Source of the DNA: Selaginella moellendorffii
Lineage: Eukaryota; Plantae; Lycopodiophyta
Length of the DNA: 64,000 bases
Assembly: GCF_000143415.4 (NCBI RefSeq)
Contig: NW_003314276.1
Location: 1,848,107 to 1,912,106, forward strand
Reading direction: 5' to 3'
Shown here in pieces: positions 12,415 to 28,723 of the stretch (position 1 is its first letter; each line of letters starts with the position of its first letter). The notes under the pieces are model-generated. The model did no database searches. It was not told the origin of the DNA and saw nothing but the letters and a program-made list of their open reading frames with translations. A program made the position numbers and the translations under genes.

Positions 12415-14849
12415 TCACATCTTCTTGGTTGCGCGGAAAAGTCCCCACTTCTGGTGGCCTTGGCCGCATCGCACCAGTTTGGACTTCCAGCCTTGGACAA
12501 TATCCTCGTAGTCTTCCTGGATCATCACACACAGAGATCATGTAAACAAGCTTTCAACTTTAACATCAACGAGAAACCTTGTCACTTGCCTCTGAAAAGT
12601 CTTGCAAGAAGCTTTTCTTGTTTCGCTCCACAGTATCCAGCTCCTTGGTCAGGATGCGCACAAACTAAAGCAAAAAGGAAGCTAAGAACACGACACAAAA
12701 CTCTTTTTTACCTGGTCTGTGCGATCCTCTGCCACGACATCCACAAAACCAGCGTCTCTCAACATCTGTTCCGAAACAGTGACGTCGTGAATATGAATCA
12801 CCAAAGGAAGAACAGGAGCGTAGAGTGGAGTTACCTGGCCATAGTGATCCACGTCGTGAAGATCATAGCCTCGTTTCTTGATGTACTCGAGAAACTCGGC
12901 AGAGACTTCGTCTCTCGATCGACAGTAGTCCGTGATGAGAAGTTTGCCCCCGGGCTTTAACCACGAAAGCAGCCTCGCGAACAAGGCTGGTTTATCCTGG
13001 AAGCATGGAGAAGAACACCACTCAGAAACAAAGAAAAAAACGGAAAAGCAAAGCCGCGAGATGGAAGCGAGAAGTAAGAGTTACCTGGATATGGAGGATG
13101 GTGTCTCGGCTGTAGATGACGTCGAAGCTCTCGGCGGGGAAGTTCTTCTCGGTGCAATCCGCGACTTCAAACTCGACAAAGCACTTGCGTCCGATGGAGC
13201 GCTCCAGAGCGATGGACACCATGTTTACCGAGAGATCGATGCCAACGACTTGGACGTCGAAGTCCTCGGCCATGTAGAAATCACCGCCCCCGATGCCGCA
13301 GCCAACGTCGAGCACCTTTTGCCCGGCCTCGAGCTTGAGACTCTCTACAAATTCTTTGGTTGTTTCTGTGTCAACACAGCCGAAGAGGATGTGAGGTAGA
13401 GCAAAGAAAAATCTGTGTGTTGTAGCTTCTTCGAACTTAGAAAGATGGAGAGATGGGAAAGAAAACGTCAGGAGATGGAAAACGTTTGGAGCGAAAGGAC
13501 CAAAGCTTACCGAGTCCTCCAGTGCTTACGAAACCTTCGCCAAATATCCGCTCGTAGCGAAGGATGCCGCGCTGTGTGTACTGGACGTTATCCAAAAACT
13601 GCTGAAACTTCAAGCCATCAGGCCCCGTGCACTTGATCTTCTTCCACATCCAGCAGATCTACACGAAAAGAGAGAACGCTCCGCGTTTGTATAGCAGTGA
13701 AAACGAAGCGAAAGTTGTACCTGGTTCTGGTTCCTCTTGTTCTTGACGTAGGCCGAGACGCACTTGAACAAGACGAGCTGCAGCTTGGAGTAGCTTCCAT
13801 CCTCCTCTGCGATGTAGCACTCCTCAAAGATCTGGACAAAGTTGATGAGAAAAGAATCTAAAGTCGGGTGTCTACTCGAAGTTTTTTCATCTCTACCTTG
13901 TTGTAGAAGCGGGGCTCCCGGTAATGCGTGGGATTGTTCTTGCGCTTGTGATCTCCAGACTGGTGGAAGCACGACTCCCGGAAGAAAATAGAACCCCCGC
14001 GTTTGAGCCAAAAGATCATCTTCTTGGTGAGCGCCGTCACCTGTGGTTGTAAGATAGATTTTTAGCTCGAGGAAGAAATGAAAAAATGGAGGAGACCAAC
14101 CTCATCGTCGGAGAGATACATGAGTAGCCAATTGGAAAAGATGAGATCCTTGGAGGAGCGAGGAAAAGTGAGGCTGGGGGAAGTAACGTCGGCACACAGA
14201 AACTCGACGTTCCTGTGGCATCCATTCACCTCCTTGTTCTACAAAAACAAAAAAAGAGAGAAAGATCTTCCTTAGTCACCGAGAAGAAGAAGAAGAAAAG
14301 ATCTTGTCTAGCGACGAGAAACAATCGAGAAGAAGACGCAAAAGATCTTGTCTAGAATCAGCAAGGAAAGAGAAAAAACTCAAAGAGAAAGAGGAAGAAA
14401 CTAACCTTGTCAATGACCGACTGGACGAAATCCATGGCGACAACATGCTTGGCAGACTTTGCCAAGTCGCCAGTGAATCGCCCAATGCCGGCCCCAAGCT
14501 CCACCACGCTGATCCCCTCCAGAGGAGGAAGCATTGACAGGATCTGGAAGAAACCAAAGAAAAAATCGAGAGATAGTTTCCCTTCTTTCTCGCTCTTTCG
14601 TTCTTCTTCCATACCTCGGGACGCTCCTCTTGATCGAGCTTCGCCGCCTGGCTGTCGAGCAGCATTTCCTCCACGGTCAGCGCGGTGGAGTGCTCCTTCC
14701 AGTAGCTCAGCTGGGCATCGCGCTCGGCTAGAAAACAGGACCACAATCAAACCAATTCAAGAAACCACCAAGGGAGGAATCATCGCTGGATCGACTCCAT
14801 GGGCGCTAGAATCGACCGATCGCTTACTCGAAAGAATGGGGGCCGCCAT
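12415..14849 (-). CDS. PEAMT: Phosphoethanolamine N-methyltransferase (two methyltransferase domains)
   Basis: [78 protein letters not shown]-terminal [12 protein letters not shown]. Confidence 0.95.
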
Positions 14850-15236
14850 GATCGCGATTCGCGTCTGGAAATCCTCTCTCGCCGATGATCCAACCGAGTG
14901 TTACCTACATGCACGAGTAAATTTTAGCGCAAACCCTCTCTTGTTTTTATAGCAAGAAAACAAAAGCGCAGTAGCTCAGATGTCGCGGATCAAGCTTAGG
15001 AAATGGGACATTATTGGCGATCGCACAATCATCAAAGAAATAGGAAAGAGAGAAAAGAAGAAAAGCTTCCTTCCACCGCCAACTTGACACGCGCTCGGAT
15101 CTCCAAACAAATTGCCACCAAAGAGAGAGAGCGAGAGAAAAGTTTCAGACAAGGATCAAACACGCGTCCCTTCACAATCGCGAAAAACACTTTTTTTTTT
15201 TCTGCGAGTCAGATCCAGGTGGGCCAAAACACTCAA

Positions 15237-15475
15237 GATTCAGATTCAGATTCACTGCTCAAACAGCAAAAATGTTCAGAAAACAATCGTCAAAAAAAAA
15301 AGAGTTACTCATTTTCTTCGATTCAGATTCAGATTCAGTGCCCAAACAACAAAAAAGTTCAGAAAAAAATCGTGAAAAAAAAGGAGTTACTCATTCCATT
15401 CGATTCAGATTCAAATTCAGTGCCCAAGAACAAAAACAAAAATCGTCAAAAAACAAATGCTACTCATTTTCTTCG
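15237..15475. repeat. Degenerate ~80-bp tandem repeat, three copies
   Basis: Unit (g)attcagattcagattca(g/c)tgc..aaac...aatcgt..aaaa..(g)ttactcatt..ttcg starts at ~15237, 15320 and 15402. Confidence 0.8.
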
Positions 15476-15696
15476 CCCAAAGTTCTAATATATATTTTTT
15501 CCTCAGCTCGTATCTACATAGAAACCTTTCCAATTTATAAAGACCAAAAAACCCAAAAAAGAGTGATTTTTTTTCTTAGCGGTAAGGAAAGAAAGATTGC
15601 GACTTGCGTACCAGTGGCCATGTACAATTGCTGATGTCGCAGAGCACTCACTTCCTTTCATCGTCGTCTCTCCACAACCTGTGTATGAACTCTTCT

Positions 15697-18600
15697 CTAT
15701 CTCCACAGCTTCACGCATTTATCGTGGCTGGCTGACGCAACCATGCCCGTCGCTGGCGACTGTGCCAAGGCCGCAATCAGGCCCTGGTGCGCAGGGATTG
15801 TCATGCTTTTGTTCTCGACCATGTTCCACAGCTCCAGAGACTGCGAGACAGCGAAACGTTTACACAACTTTCGAAGAGATTTGTCGCTTTCCCTACCTCG
15901 TAGCAGCCGATGATCAGTAGCGACGGATAGCTCGGGTGGAAGACACAGGAATGGAATTTGTTCCCGTTCGAGCATAGCTCGTGAACGCATTCTCCATCGC
16001 CACCGGAGCGGAGAGTCCAGACTCGGACTGAGTCCTCGCTGACGGAAGCCAAGTAGTCACCGTTTTGATCCCAGCATACGGAATGCACTGGCTTTGTGTG
16101 CCTCTGGAAGACGGACAGACTCGGTGGTTTGGAAAAAGCTCGTATTGATTCGATTACCTGAAGAGAATGCCTGCACGTCTCGGCATCGACATCGAAGATA
16201 GAAACTACGTTCTCGGCGGCGGCAGCAAGAAGCCTGCCATGACGCGGTTGAAACCGCATTTGAGTCACGCCACCCTGTGAAGATCGACAAAAACCAGTCA
16301 ACAAAACTCTCAAAGGTAAGAGCTATTCACCTTGAAGACTTTGGTGCAGATGCCCTGGCTTACACTCCAGTACCTGATCTCGCTATCACCGTCGCACGAA
16401 CACAAGAGGTCTTCGTTCGCTGGATGGAAATCTAAGGACATGACCGATGTTTGATGGCCAGTAAAAGTGCGCAAGGAATAGCTTGGCTGCGCGAAAATGA
16501 ACCAAGTCATTGCCAAGAGATACGAAGAATTTAAGAACTCACATTGTCTGCATCCCATACTCGTACAGTCTTGTCGAAGGATGATGTCGCTAACCGCGTC
16601 GAATTTGGACTAAACCGAACATCGGTTATCAAATACGAGTGTTCTTCCAATGTACTCCGGAGTTTTAGCGTGTCCATGTTCCAGAGCACGGCCTGCATTG
16701 TAAGAGCTCAGAAAAGAAAACTCGCAAATGTGAAGCTCACCTTCTTTTCATGGCCAGCACTGGCCAATAGCTTTCCACTCGAAGAGAAATGGCAGCACAC
16801 AACTTTATTTGTACTGGCACGAAGACAGCCCACCGAGTTGAACGTAAATTCTGCTACAAATAAAACCTTCTAAAAAAAAAGAACTGCAAGACACACGAAA
16901 CTCACCTTTGGACGCGTCGACATTAGGACTCGGCTTCGTACTGCTAAAGAGACCATCTCGCGGATCGGTTTCCTCGTGAGATAAAAAGGACTCAACGTTG
17001 TCATCCAATCCATCCTCGAGCCTGTCAATATCAGCCTGGAGCAAACTATTAATATTGAGGTCCTCGACAAAAACAGCTAAAAAGCCACAATTACCAGTTG
17101 ATTAGAGGGTGACGTCAATGTACCGTGACCTTCTGATCCATACATCATCAAGGATTTAGAAATGCTGCTACTTTGATGCATCGGGCCACCCATAGACATA
17201 ACGTCCCCAGGTGTATGAGTTGATGGTGTAGAAGGCGAGTTTGGAGATCGACCTGCGGTGTTTCCAGTTCCAGTGCTATTAGCCGGGCCAGAGGACGATG
17301 CCGGTTGCTTTCTCTTTCTTCCACTTTGGCTCCGAGTTCCAGTCTAAAATATATTCTTTGTGAGATATCCATATAAAATACAATCTCAAAATCAGTACAA
17401 ACCTTCGCTGTACCGGTGCTGTTGTTACTGCGGCTCGGTTCAATTGAACCATAGATTTGTATGGCTGCATCAGCTCCAGTTTGCTGCGGCTGCTGTGGAG
17501 TAGCTTGTTGAGGATTATTTTGCTGCATATTTAACTTACTGTTCTGCTGCTGCATTACCTTCATCTGAAAAAGAACACAACAAAAAGAAAGAAAAAATGA
17601 GCGAAACGGTTAGTACACACTAGTTCTCAAAAGCGAATAAAATCAAGACCGGACCGTGCTAGTTAGACATCGTCTCAGGCATCTCTAAGGGGATTACCAT
17701 ATAAAAGACGAAACTATCTCATCGTACTCTCCGGCATCTGCAAAAGGACAACTCAGGAGACTCAACCGGGTATTTTTCGCATAGCAATCATCATCAGTTA
17801 GCGTGTAAGTGTCGGTGTTAGTAGTTACAAACCTTCATTAGAAGCTCCTGGTCTTGAGATGTTGCACGCGACAGAGGTGATGCAGCTTGCAAGGGAGAAC
17901 CAATAACCGCGGCTGCCGGATCGTTGAAAACATTCGCTTGTCCTTCTTTTCCATTCCTGTTGTTGAGTAGCATTTTGAACCGCCGAGGATCTACATCAGC
18001 TAGTGCTGATGAGGGGATGCTGCCTTGAGGCTGAGCCTGAAAAAGTAGCTGCTGTTGATGAGGAGTCAATGCATGTAATTGCTGGTAAGCGTGTGAGGAC
18101 GACTGTAGAAACGGTTTCTGCTGCTGGATCAAGCGTTGATCCATGCCCTGCTACGAGAAAAAGCATTAATAAATTGCGACGAAAATAGAAACAGAAAACC
18201 ACTTACAGCCAAAGACGGCCAGCTCTTCTGTACAAGTAAATTTGAGGATTGATTTGTGTTCGCGCCTGGTGCTAATATACCGCCTTTCATATTGAATAAT
18301 GCGGGATCAGTTGCTGGTGATCTTTGATTTAATAAATGAACATCACTTTTATTATCCTGCATTATAGAAAAGATTTGTAGAACCTGTAGAACAAAAGAAC
18401 CATGGAGTAAATACCTGAAGTGCTTGTTGCTGACGAGCCTGAATGCCAGCTGACCTGCGCAAGAGAAGTAAATAAAAGTTAAAGGTCGTAAAGAAAATGC
18501 AACATCATCCTACACACCCTGGAGGAGCAACTGAAGGCTTGATATCTGGGTTTGGATCCAGTGACGTATCTCCATACCTCTGCCAAAACAAAGAAATAAA

Positions 18601-19399
18601 TTCAGCCTTAAGATAGAAACAAACGTCTGCTAGCACACCTTCAAAGATGGCTCATCTTGCTTGAGCTTCTCCTCGTAGAGCTTTGCAGCCATAACATTAG
18701 CCGTCGGCGTGGCTTGACGAAGAAGAGCTTCCGAAGGACTGCTCATCAATGGCCTTTGCTGCTGTTGAGCTTGCTGCTGCTGATGATGCTGCTGTTGGTG
18801 CTGTTGAGCTTGCTGCTGCTGTTGTTGCTGCTGCTGCTGCTGCTGCCTGAGAAGCTGCATTTGATGGAGAGTTTGAGGCTGTTGTTGCTCGCGAGCTTTC
18901 AGTTTCTGGGTCTAAAAGACATTCACTATATCAGCTCCTCGAGAACAAAGGAAAAAAAAAAACAAAAAGAGGGTTTGATCCAACCTCGATGTAAGCCGCT
19001 GCCACCTCCGAGTGCTTCTCATTCGTGCGAGCAATGAAGATATCCCAAAACACGGACCACCACTCGAACAAAAATCCCCCGGGTGCATCGATAGCTACAA
19101 AGTTCCAAAGAAAAAAGGATCACTCGTGACTCCACCCAATCAATCGAGATGACAAACTTACCGACGGGATCGGACGACACTTTTCCTTCCGTGAAAAAAG
19201 CCTTTGCCGAGTTCTGCAAGTTCCTCTTCGTGAGATAATCATGGATGTACACGTCCAGCCTAAAATCCAAGCGTAAGAAACACGATCATCGATCATTTCA
19301 TCAAGAACCCAGATCACGATAGCGCGAGCTGGAATCACCGGCATTAGCGGCAGCAGCAGTAACTTACATCTTATCCGCCTCCCAGTTGCTCTGCGCCAT
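15697..19399 (-). CDS. LUG: LEUNIG / LEUNIG_HOMOLOG transcriptional co-repressor (LUFS, polyQ, WD40)
   Basis: [45 protein letters not shown], poly[14 protein letters not shown]40 repeats ending [12 protein letters not shown]. Confidence 0.93.
18757..18846 (-). repeat. Imperfect CAG repeat encoding polyglutamine in LUG/LUH
   Basis: tgc/ctg runs on + strand, translating to a Q-rich tract. Confidence 0.9.
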
Positions 19400-19911
19400 G
19401 GCTTGTAGCACCGAATTGGCGCACGAGCAAGGCGCCGATCGATCAGAAGCTACTGTCGCCAAATGCCAGCCGAAATTTCGCCAGCGCCTACCCTAGCTAG
19501 TGCGAGAATGCCGCGCGCCCTCGTCCGCCATAGCCGCGAGCTCACTCACTCTCCGAAGAATGCGAGTGTTGGAGATGCCGAACCTGGCAACCGACCCACT
19601 CCGAGCCTAGCTCGCCATCGGGGACGTCGAAGTCGTGTCGAATCTGACGGCTGTGGAAGCTTAACCGACAGCTGGAAGCATAACCAATTGTAAATTTCCA
19701 CGTGGACAGGACAGAATGTACTTGGAATGTTCTTGGGCCACGTTAAACCCAAAACCTTCCCCGGCACGCATATTCGCAATCTTCGTACACATCTTATTTA
19801 TCAAAAATTTGGCCTAAGACAGGACATGAATCTTCCAAAATAATATCTTCTTTGTGTCGTTCACTTCTTTGTAAGATTTCTTGTGTCTCGACCATAAAAA
19901 TCATGTTTTCT

Positions 19912-22493
<2,582 letters not shown>

Positions 22494-23039
22494 CGCGAAA
22501 GCTTTTAAACCCTAGCCAAGCCCCCCCCTAGGGTTTGCCGGCCACCAGGTTGCTTCGTTGCCACCTTCCTCAATGGCCAGCACATTGGTCAAAGTCATAC
22601 GCCTCCAGTTCTTTGACCGGACCGGCTCATCACGTCCATAGAGAATTCCTTGACAACCATCTCAACCTTACAAAAATTTGATCATCACATATGCCCTGTC
22701 TGGGCATATCCCAGTCCACTTATAGTGGCGGCCAAGCCATGGACAGTAAAAATCAAAAGAAATCGTTGAATAGCGATAGAAGACGCGAAAGACTCGCTCC
22801 AATCGAAGCGTTGAAAGAAGCGCTACTACATTGACAATGCTGCACACGAAAGCGTTACAGTGACATTACTTCTTTGTGTCGAAAAAATCGCTCCACGAAA
22901 GCGTCGAAACACCACCATAGACAATACTTTCCTCGACCTTTAAAGATTTCTGGCACTGTTCTCAAAGACTTCCAAGAAGAGTTACTTAGAAGAACTAAGG
23001 AAGCTACTTACAGGAAGTGCTATAGCGTTTAGCATTTTG

Positions 23040-24591
23040 TCAAGCCGATGGCTGAAAGAGCTGCTGCGGTGCCTCGTGTGATTCTGAGAAGCTGTGCCTC
23101 AACGTATGTCCGCGGTCCTGTCTCGTGTCCATGAGGTTCTTGATCGAAGTAGCACACTTCCAGGCAAGAACATCGGAGTTGCACTCCGTGGCTACAGACA
23201 AGAGTTTAATCCAGTTATCTGCAAAAAACAAGCGAAAAAACAAAATAACGAAACCAATCAATGAACGAAAACATCGTACCAGGAGTGGCGACTATGGCAG
23301 CTTCAGACCGCAACTTAAGTACATCGACACCATACTGAAAGAAAAACAAAAGCACAGAAGAACTGTCAATCGATCGGTTACTAGATAGTGTAATTACCTT
23401 GTGAGCAGCCACGAACAGATCAATACCTCGCTGCTCTATCAAGGATGCATCCAAATGACCCGTGTAAAGGAACTCGACCATCGCTTTCACAATGTTGAAG
23501 GATGCATCTTTCATGTCGATCCTGGAGGAGTTGCTTTCGATGTTAAGTTTCAATATCTGGAAGATAAAACAGCGATATTAGCTCTGTGAAGCTTCAGTTC
23601 ATCACCAGGAGCTCACCTTGGATGCGCCAGACAAAAGAAGTTTTAATGCTTCGATATGCCTCCCTTCTGCCCAAAGCTCGATCGTCTCATGTTTTCCGCT
23701 ATGAAACACGCTCTTCCAGTTTTTTTGTATGATTTCTGGAATGGCGTTCTCATGAACCGTAGGTTCTTTCACATTGTTAGCAACGTAGTGTCTAATGGTT
23801 GCTTCCGCCAGTAGCTTGAGCATCGAGTCCCAGTGACGATACTCCCATCCTACGTAAAAGTCAGTCCCAACCATAAACAAAGTGAATCCATCCATACCTT
23901 TCAGATAGAGCGACGACTTGAGCTCCAACACGACCAACAATGGTGGTTTTTGATGAAAATCTACTTTCCTTGTTTCCAAAACACCTGTGTGCTTGACGTC
24001 GTGACGGATGATAGAAATCCGATGGGTGGCTGGAGTACCAGCAGCCTTGGCACAAACACTCGCTCCATGCTTGATAAGAAGGTCAACCATTTCCAAGTTC
24101 CGAGATTGCTCGTATTTGTACACTGCTAGATGCAATGCAGTCATTCCCTGGACAATCCAATCCAAGTTGCGATGAACAGGACGAACAAACAAAAAAACAG
24201 TGAAAGAAAATCTCACATCATCATTGTAGGCATTGACATCCAGCTTCCTGTTCTTAAGCAACCCTTCCAAGGCCGTGACATTCCCATCCTCTACGCAGCG
24301 AAAGAATGTGGCTTGATCCAGCCGCAGATCATGCCCTGCATCATCCGACAGTCCTACAACTTCTACCGAGGGCTTCACCTGATCGAGACGAGGACTCGCA
24401 GCACTGGCGCTCGATCTTGGGGAAGAAGCCGCCGCCCCAGCCGATAGCAAAGATTCTTTCCCAAGCGACCCCGACAAATCCACGGACTCCAAAGATTCCA
24501 GCTTCGGCGGGAGCTCCTGAGGATCCGCGATCGGTAGCGCTTGATCTCCTTCCAAGAGCCTTGGCACCGGCTCCAGGCGCTCGTCCGCCAT
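23040..24591 (-). CDS. Ankyrin repeat and BTB/POZ domain protein
   Basis: Ankyrin LDVNAYNDD|GMTALHLAV...LLIKHGASV; BTB IEALKLLLSGASK...IVKAMVEFLYTG...LFVAAHKYGVDVLK. Start at 24591 (MADERL) or 24684. Confidence 0.82.
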
Positions 24592-25095
24592 TGCCACGCC
24601 GTACAACGAAGCCCTCGCAAATATGAAATGCCAAGGGTTTATGCTAGACATTCCGTAACGTAAATCTTTCGATCCAACGGCCATCGGGCAGCCAATCCGA
24701 CGGTTAATACGAGGGATATTCTGCTTTTAGTGGATAGAATGTATTTCAAACGTTGACAAAGATGTGTCCGTACAGGCTTCGCTCAAATTATGTTCCATTT
24801 TAGGGTCTTTCTTTCGCGTGATTCCCCCGCATTGAGATGCTTCAAGAAGGGCGGCGATGGCGATCACTGGCGCCGGGAGTGAAGCCGGGCGATCGATCGA
24901 TCTGGTATGTGCTCGTCGCTCGCTCGGATCTTTCTTCGGCGAATTTAATTCCCTCTCTCCAGGTTCTTGGAGCATCTGAGAGGGATATTTTAGGCGATTT
25001 CCGCCGCGTTAGCTGCTTCTTAGGCGACGAGACGATGAATTCTTGGAGGATTCTTTAGTTCTTCGTTAGCAATCTTGCAGGTTTTGGTAGCAAAG

Positions 25096-27438
25096 ATGAG
25101 CACGGCAGTGCATGGCACCAACAAGAACCCTCCTAAGCGCGGGCCTTCTCTCTCGAGAAAAAAGACGCCACCGGAGAATGGCGGCAGCGCTCTGCAAAAA
25201 TCGCGCAGTGGCAGTGGCGGGATGATCTCGTGAGTTCGTTATTTTTTTCTTTCTTATCCACTTTCCCGACACTAAACTTGTTTTTAAAGATCGGGTGGGA
25301 CAGCGGAACGCACAGTGAAAAAGCTGAGACTTTCCAAGGCCTTGACTGTTCCCGATGGAACATCGGTCGCGGATGCATGCAAGCGAATGGCGAATCGCAG
25401 GGTTGACGCTGCTTTGCTTACGAATTCGAGTGCTCTTCTTTGTGGAATCATCACTGATAAGGTAGCGCTAGATAAATAACTTTAGCTTGTATTCCTAACT
25501 TTCGAACTTGTGTGTTTAGGACGTCGCAACTCGAGTGATTGCTGAAGGCTTGAGACCCGAAGATACTCCCGTTTCGAAAGTGATGACACGGAATCCTACC
25601 TTTGTTATGAGCGATTCTTTGGCGGTGGACGCACTTCAAAAAATGGTTCAGGGTATGTTGATTTGCTGTTTCATCCTTGTATCTGATCTAGAGATTATCG
25701 GTTGTTTTACAGGAAAGTTCAGACACTTGCCTGTCGTAGACAATGGCGAGGTGATTGCACTTTTAGACATCACGAAGTGCCTGTATGACGCTATAGTGCG
25801 CATGGAGCGGTCTGCATTGAAGGGTAACGCGATTGCAGCAGCTGTGGAGGACGTTGAACGTCAATGGGGAAACACGTTTTCTGGTAAGAAATGTCCCAGC
25901 ATAAACAGAGTTCTAATTGAAATATTCTTGCAGGGCAGTCAAATTTCGTTGAGACATTGAAAGAGAGAATGTTTAGGCCGACGTTAGGAACACTAGTTAA
26001 TGAGAATACGAAGTAAGACAACTAGTTGTTAGCGAGATTACTTTTAACGCATCTACCTTTTCAGAGTAGCCACTGTTGCGCCCGGTGATAGCGTTTTTAC
26101 TGCGACAAAGAAGATGCGTGAATTGAAGGTTAACTCCGTAGTAGTAACTGTTGGAAACAAGCCTGTGGGTATTCTCACGTAAGTCAGCCTTTTTTCATAC
26201 TTTTTCCTCATCAATAATTCGAGCAGATCCAAGGACGTGTTAATGCGAGTAGTTGCAGTTGGTGTTGCTGCTGATATACCAGTTGAAAAGGTACAGGCAT
26301 CGAGATTGCAGTTGAAAGCTTACTACTTTTGTAATGTCTGTTTTCTGCCAGATTATGACGACAAATCCAGAATGTGCAAACTTGGAAATGACGATAGTGG
26401 ACGCCCTCCATACTATGCACGATGGCAAATTTCTCCATTTGCCAGTGATAAATAAAGGTTGGCTTGGTGCTTCAGCTTTCTGTTTTCTTATCGTCTTTTG
26501 TTTTCAGATGGTCATGTTGTATCTTGTGTTGACGTTCTTCATATTACGCATTCAGCTTTCGCAACGGTCAGTTTTGAAGTAAAGCGTTTACGAAAAACTT
26601 CATATCGTGTTGTTTGGTCTTTAGGTTGGCTCTACTCCAGGACTAGGGGATGGAGGAATGATGCAAAAATTCTGGGATTCAGCTTTTGGACTAGAACAGT
26701 CTACCGAAGACGACGATGATTCCAGAAGGTAAAACTCTGAATTTGCTACTTTTATTACTTAACATGCTTGCGGCCAGTGATGTTTCAGCTAGACTGCATC
26801 TTCATGCTGAGGGAGGAAAGGGTTCAGCAAACACATTTTCATTTAAGCTAGAAGACAAGAAGGGCCGAGTCCATCGGTTCCAATGCGGCGAGTGATTTTT
26901 CTTCTTTTTTTTTTTATTTTGCAATTCGTGACTGAGGGCTATTTTTCAGGCTCTGAAACTCTAGTCGATTTGGTTGCCGCCATAAAGAACCGAGTGGGGA
27001 TAGATGTTCCACAAATACTGGTATTTATCATTTACATTTTCTGTGCGACGCTTTGTTTACTTTTGGTTGGGGCTTCCAGTACGAAGACGACGAAGGGGAT
27101 AGGGTGTTACTCGCTACGGACAGCGATCTTGTAGATGCACTGCGATTTGCTAAAGTCTCGGGCTCAAAGGTAATGCGTTTGAACCTTACCTGCAATTTAA
27201 AAACCTATTAAATGTTCATTTGCAGGGCTTGCGGTTGTTCCTGGACGAGTCGACCGAGAGCCCCACTGCCGTAACAAAAAAGAAAACTCCCAGACCAGCT
27301 GGTAGGGTACCATCGTCCTTCGACTTCGCATTCAAAGAGAGCTGGCCTGCGTCTACGACGACGGCAACTATTGCTGCGGGTGCAGCTATGGTGGTTGGAT
27401 TCAGTCTCCTGGCATACCTGAGAAGGTCCAACCCGTAA
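25096..27438 (+). CDS. CBSCBSPB: CBS domain-containing protein, CBSCBSPB type (4 CBS, PB1, C-terminal TM)
   Basis: ERTVKKLRLSKALTVP, VMTRNPTFV, GKFRHLPVV, DALHTMHDGKFLHLPV, PB1 FKLEDKKGRVHRF...YEDDEGDRVLL, hydrophobic tail. Confidence 0.92.
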
Positions 27439-28723
27439 GTAGCATCAGAAAAACATCGAATAAGTTGATCAACTTCTTCCTCTTCGCATAAAAAGCTCTA
27501 AAGGAAGGCTGGGCAACGTAAAGGTTTAAGCTGTGCCATAGAACTTTGTAGTTCTGACCGAGTTTTTCTTGCGGCTTGTGGTGCAGAGAAGCTCTGCTCA
27601 CGAAAACGAAGTCGTTGATATCACACCTCAAACCGAAGCAACGGCAGCGCATAAGATTTGTTTGGCTGTCCGATGATAAGTTCCCTTAACTTACATGCTT
27701 TGGATTCACTACTCTGTTGTTAGATGATATGGAATTCAAAGCTGTGGCAGAAAGAACAATCGAGAAAAGGAGGCGTTGGTGGAAATCTGATGAAGAACAA
27801 GCCAACTTTCTTTCTGGTGTCCGAATTCCAGGAAGCGTAGAGCTCGCAGAGCGCGAAAGTTTGGATAGATCAACAATGCCAACCGCATTACGAGGGGGCG
27901 TACGTATTTTCATACGTTTGAGACGAGCGTCACAGCTGGCCCCCTGGCCAGAATAGCGAGGCGCCAAAAAAGAATAAAATGAAAGGGAGATCGCACAAAT
28001 CAATGCGCTATGGCATCTTCCTTGCTCGCCACCCGGATAAAGTATGAAGAGATTCCGGAATCTTCGCATTTCGAAACGGGCGACGAGATGGACCGCTGGG
28101 ATTCGCACTACGCTGCCATGATTGCCAGATCTTTCCCATGCTACGTAGAATTGGCCACGAGATGGACGGCCGGGATTTGGTAGGCGCTCACTATGATTGC
28201 CAGGTTATTCCAAGCATTGGGAAATTTTCTCCCCTACCTGGCACAACGAGAAATGGTGGTAGGTGAAACCTTGTGTGAGACAAAGCTTCACCTAAACCAT
28301 TTAAACCGGGCAATGTGACTTTTCTTTACTTTTCACCGCAGTGAAAAAGAGAATTATCCGCCAGGGTTTATGTTAATGTGATCCCTACTTCCAGTTCTTT
28401 GGCTTGTTTTGCTGCGCCTTGGCGGAGGCGGGGGAAGAGGCAACGAGGCGATCGCTCGATGGATAATCGCTGATCTGCCAGTGTCGCGGTGAAATTTCCG
28501 GCTCTCGTTTGCTAGCGCCTCGATTCCAGGTGATTTTGGAGCTCCGGTTTGGTTCTTGGGAGTTATTTTCGATGATGAATCCATCGCTCTCCCTGGATTT
28601 CGTGAAATTCATGGATTCTCTCTCTCTCTCTCTCTCTCCCTGGATTTCTCGCTGTGCGGATGGTCGTTTCCCCTTTGCCTGGCTGATTTCTCGACTTTTC
28701 TTTGGTGGTTCAGGGGAAGAGAA

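Noticed and set aside
15150-15176. Minus-strand tgaagggacgcgtgtttgatcc resembling part of tRNA-Phe
   Set aside because: Only ~20 nt; no D arm or anticodon arm.
23602-24684. ORFs reading through introns in frame (also in NDR)
   Set aside because: Expected by chance when introns are ~50-70 nt; no evidence of regulated retention.
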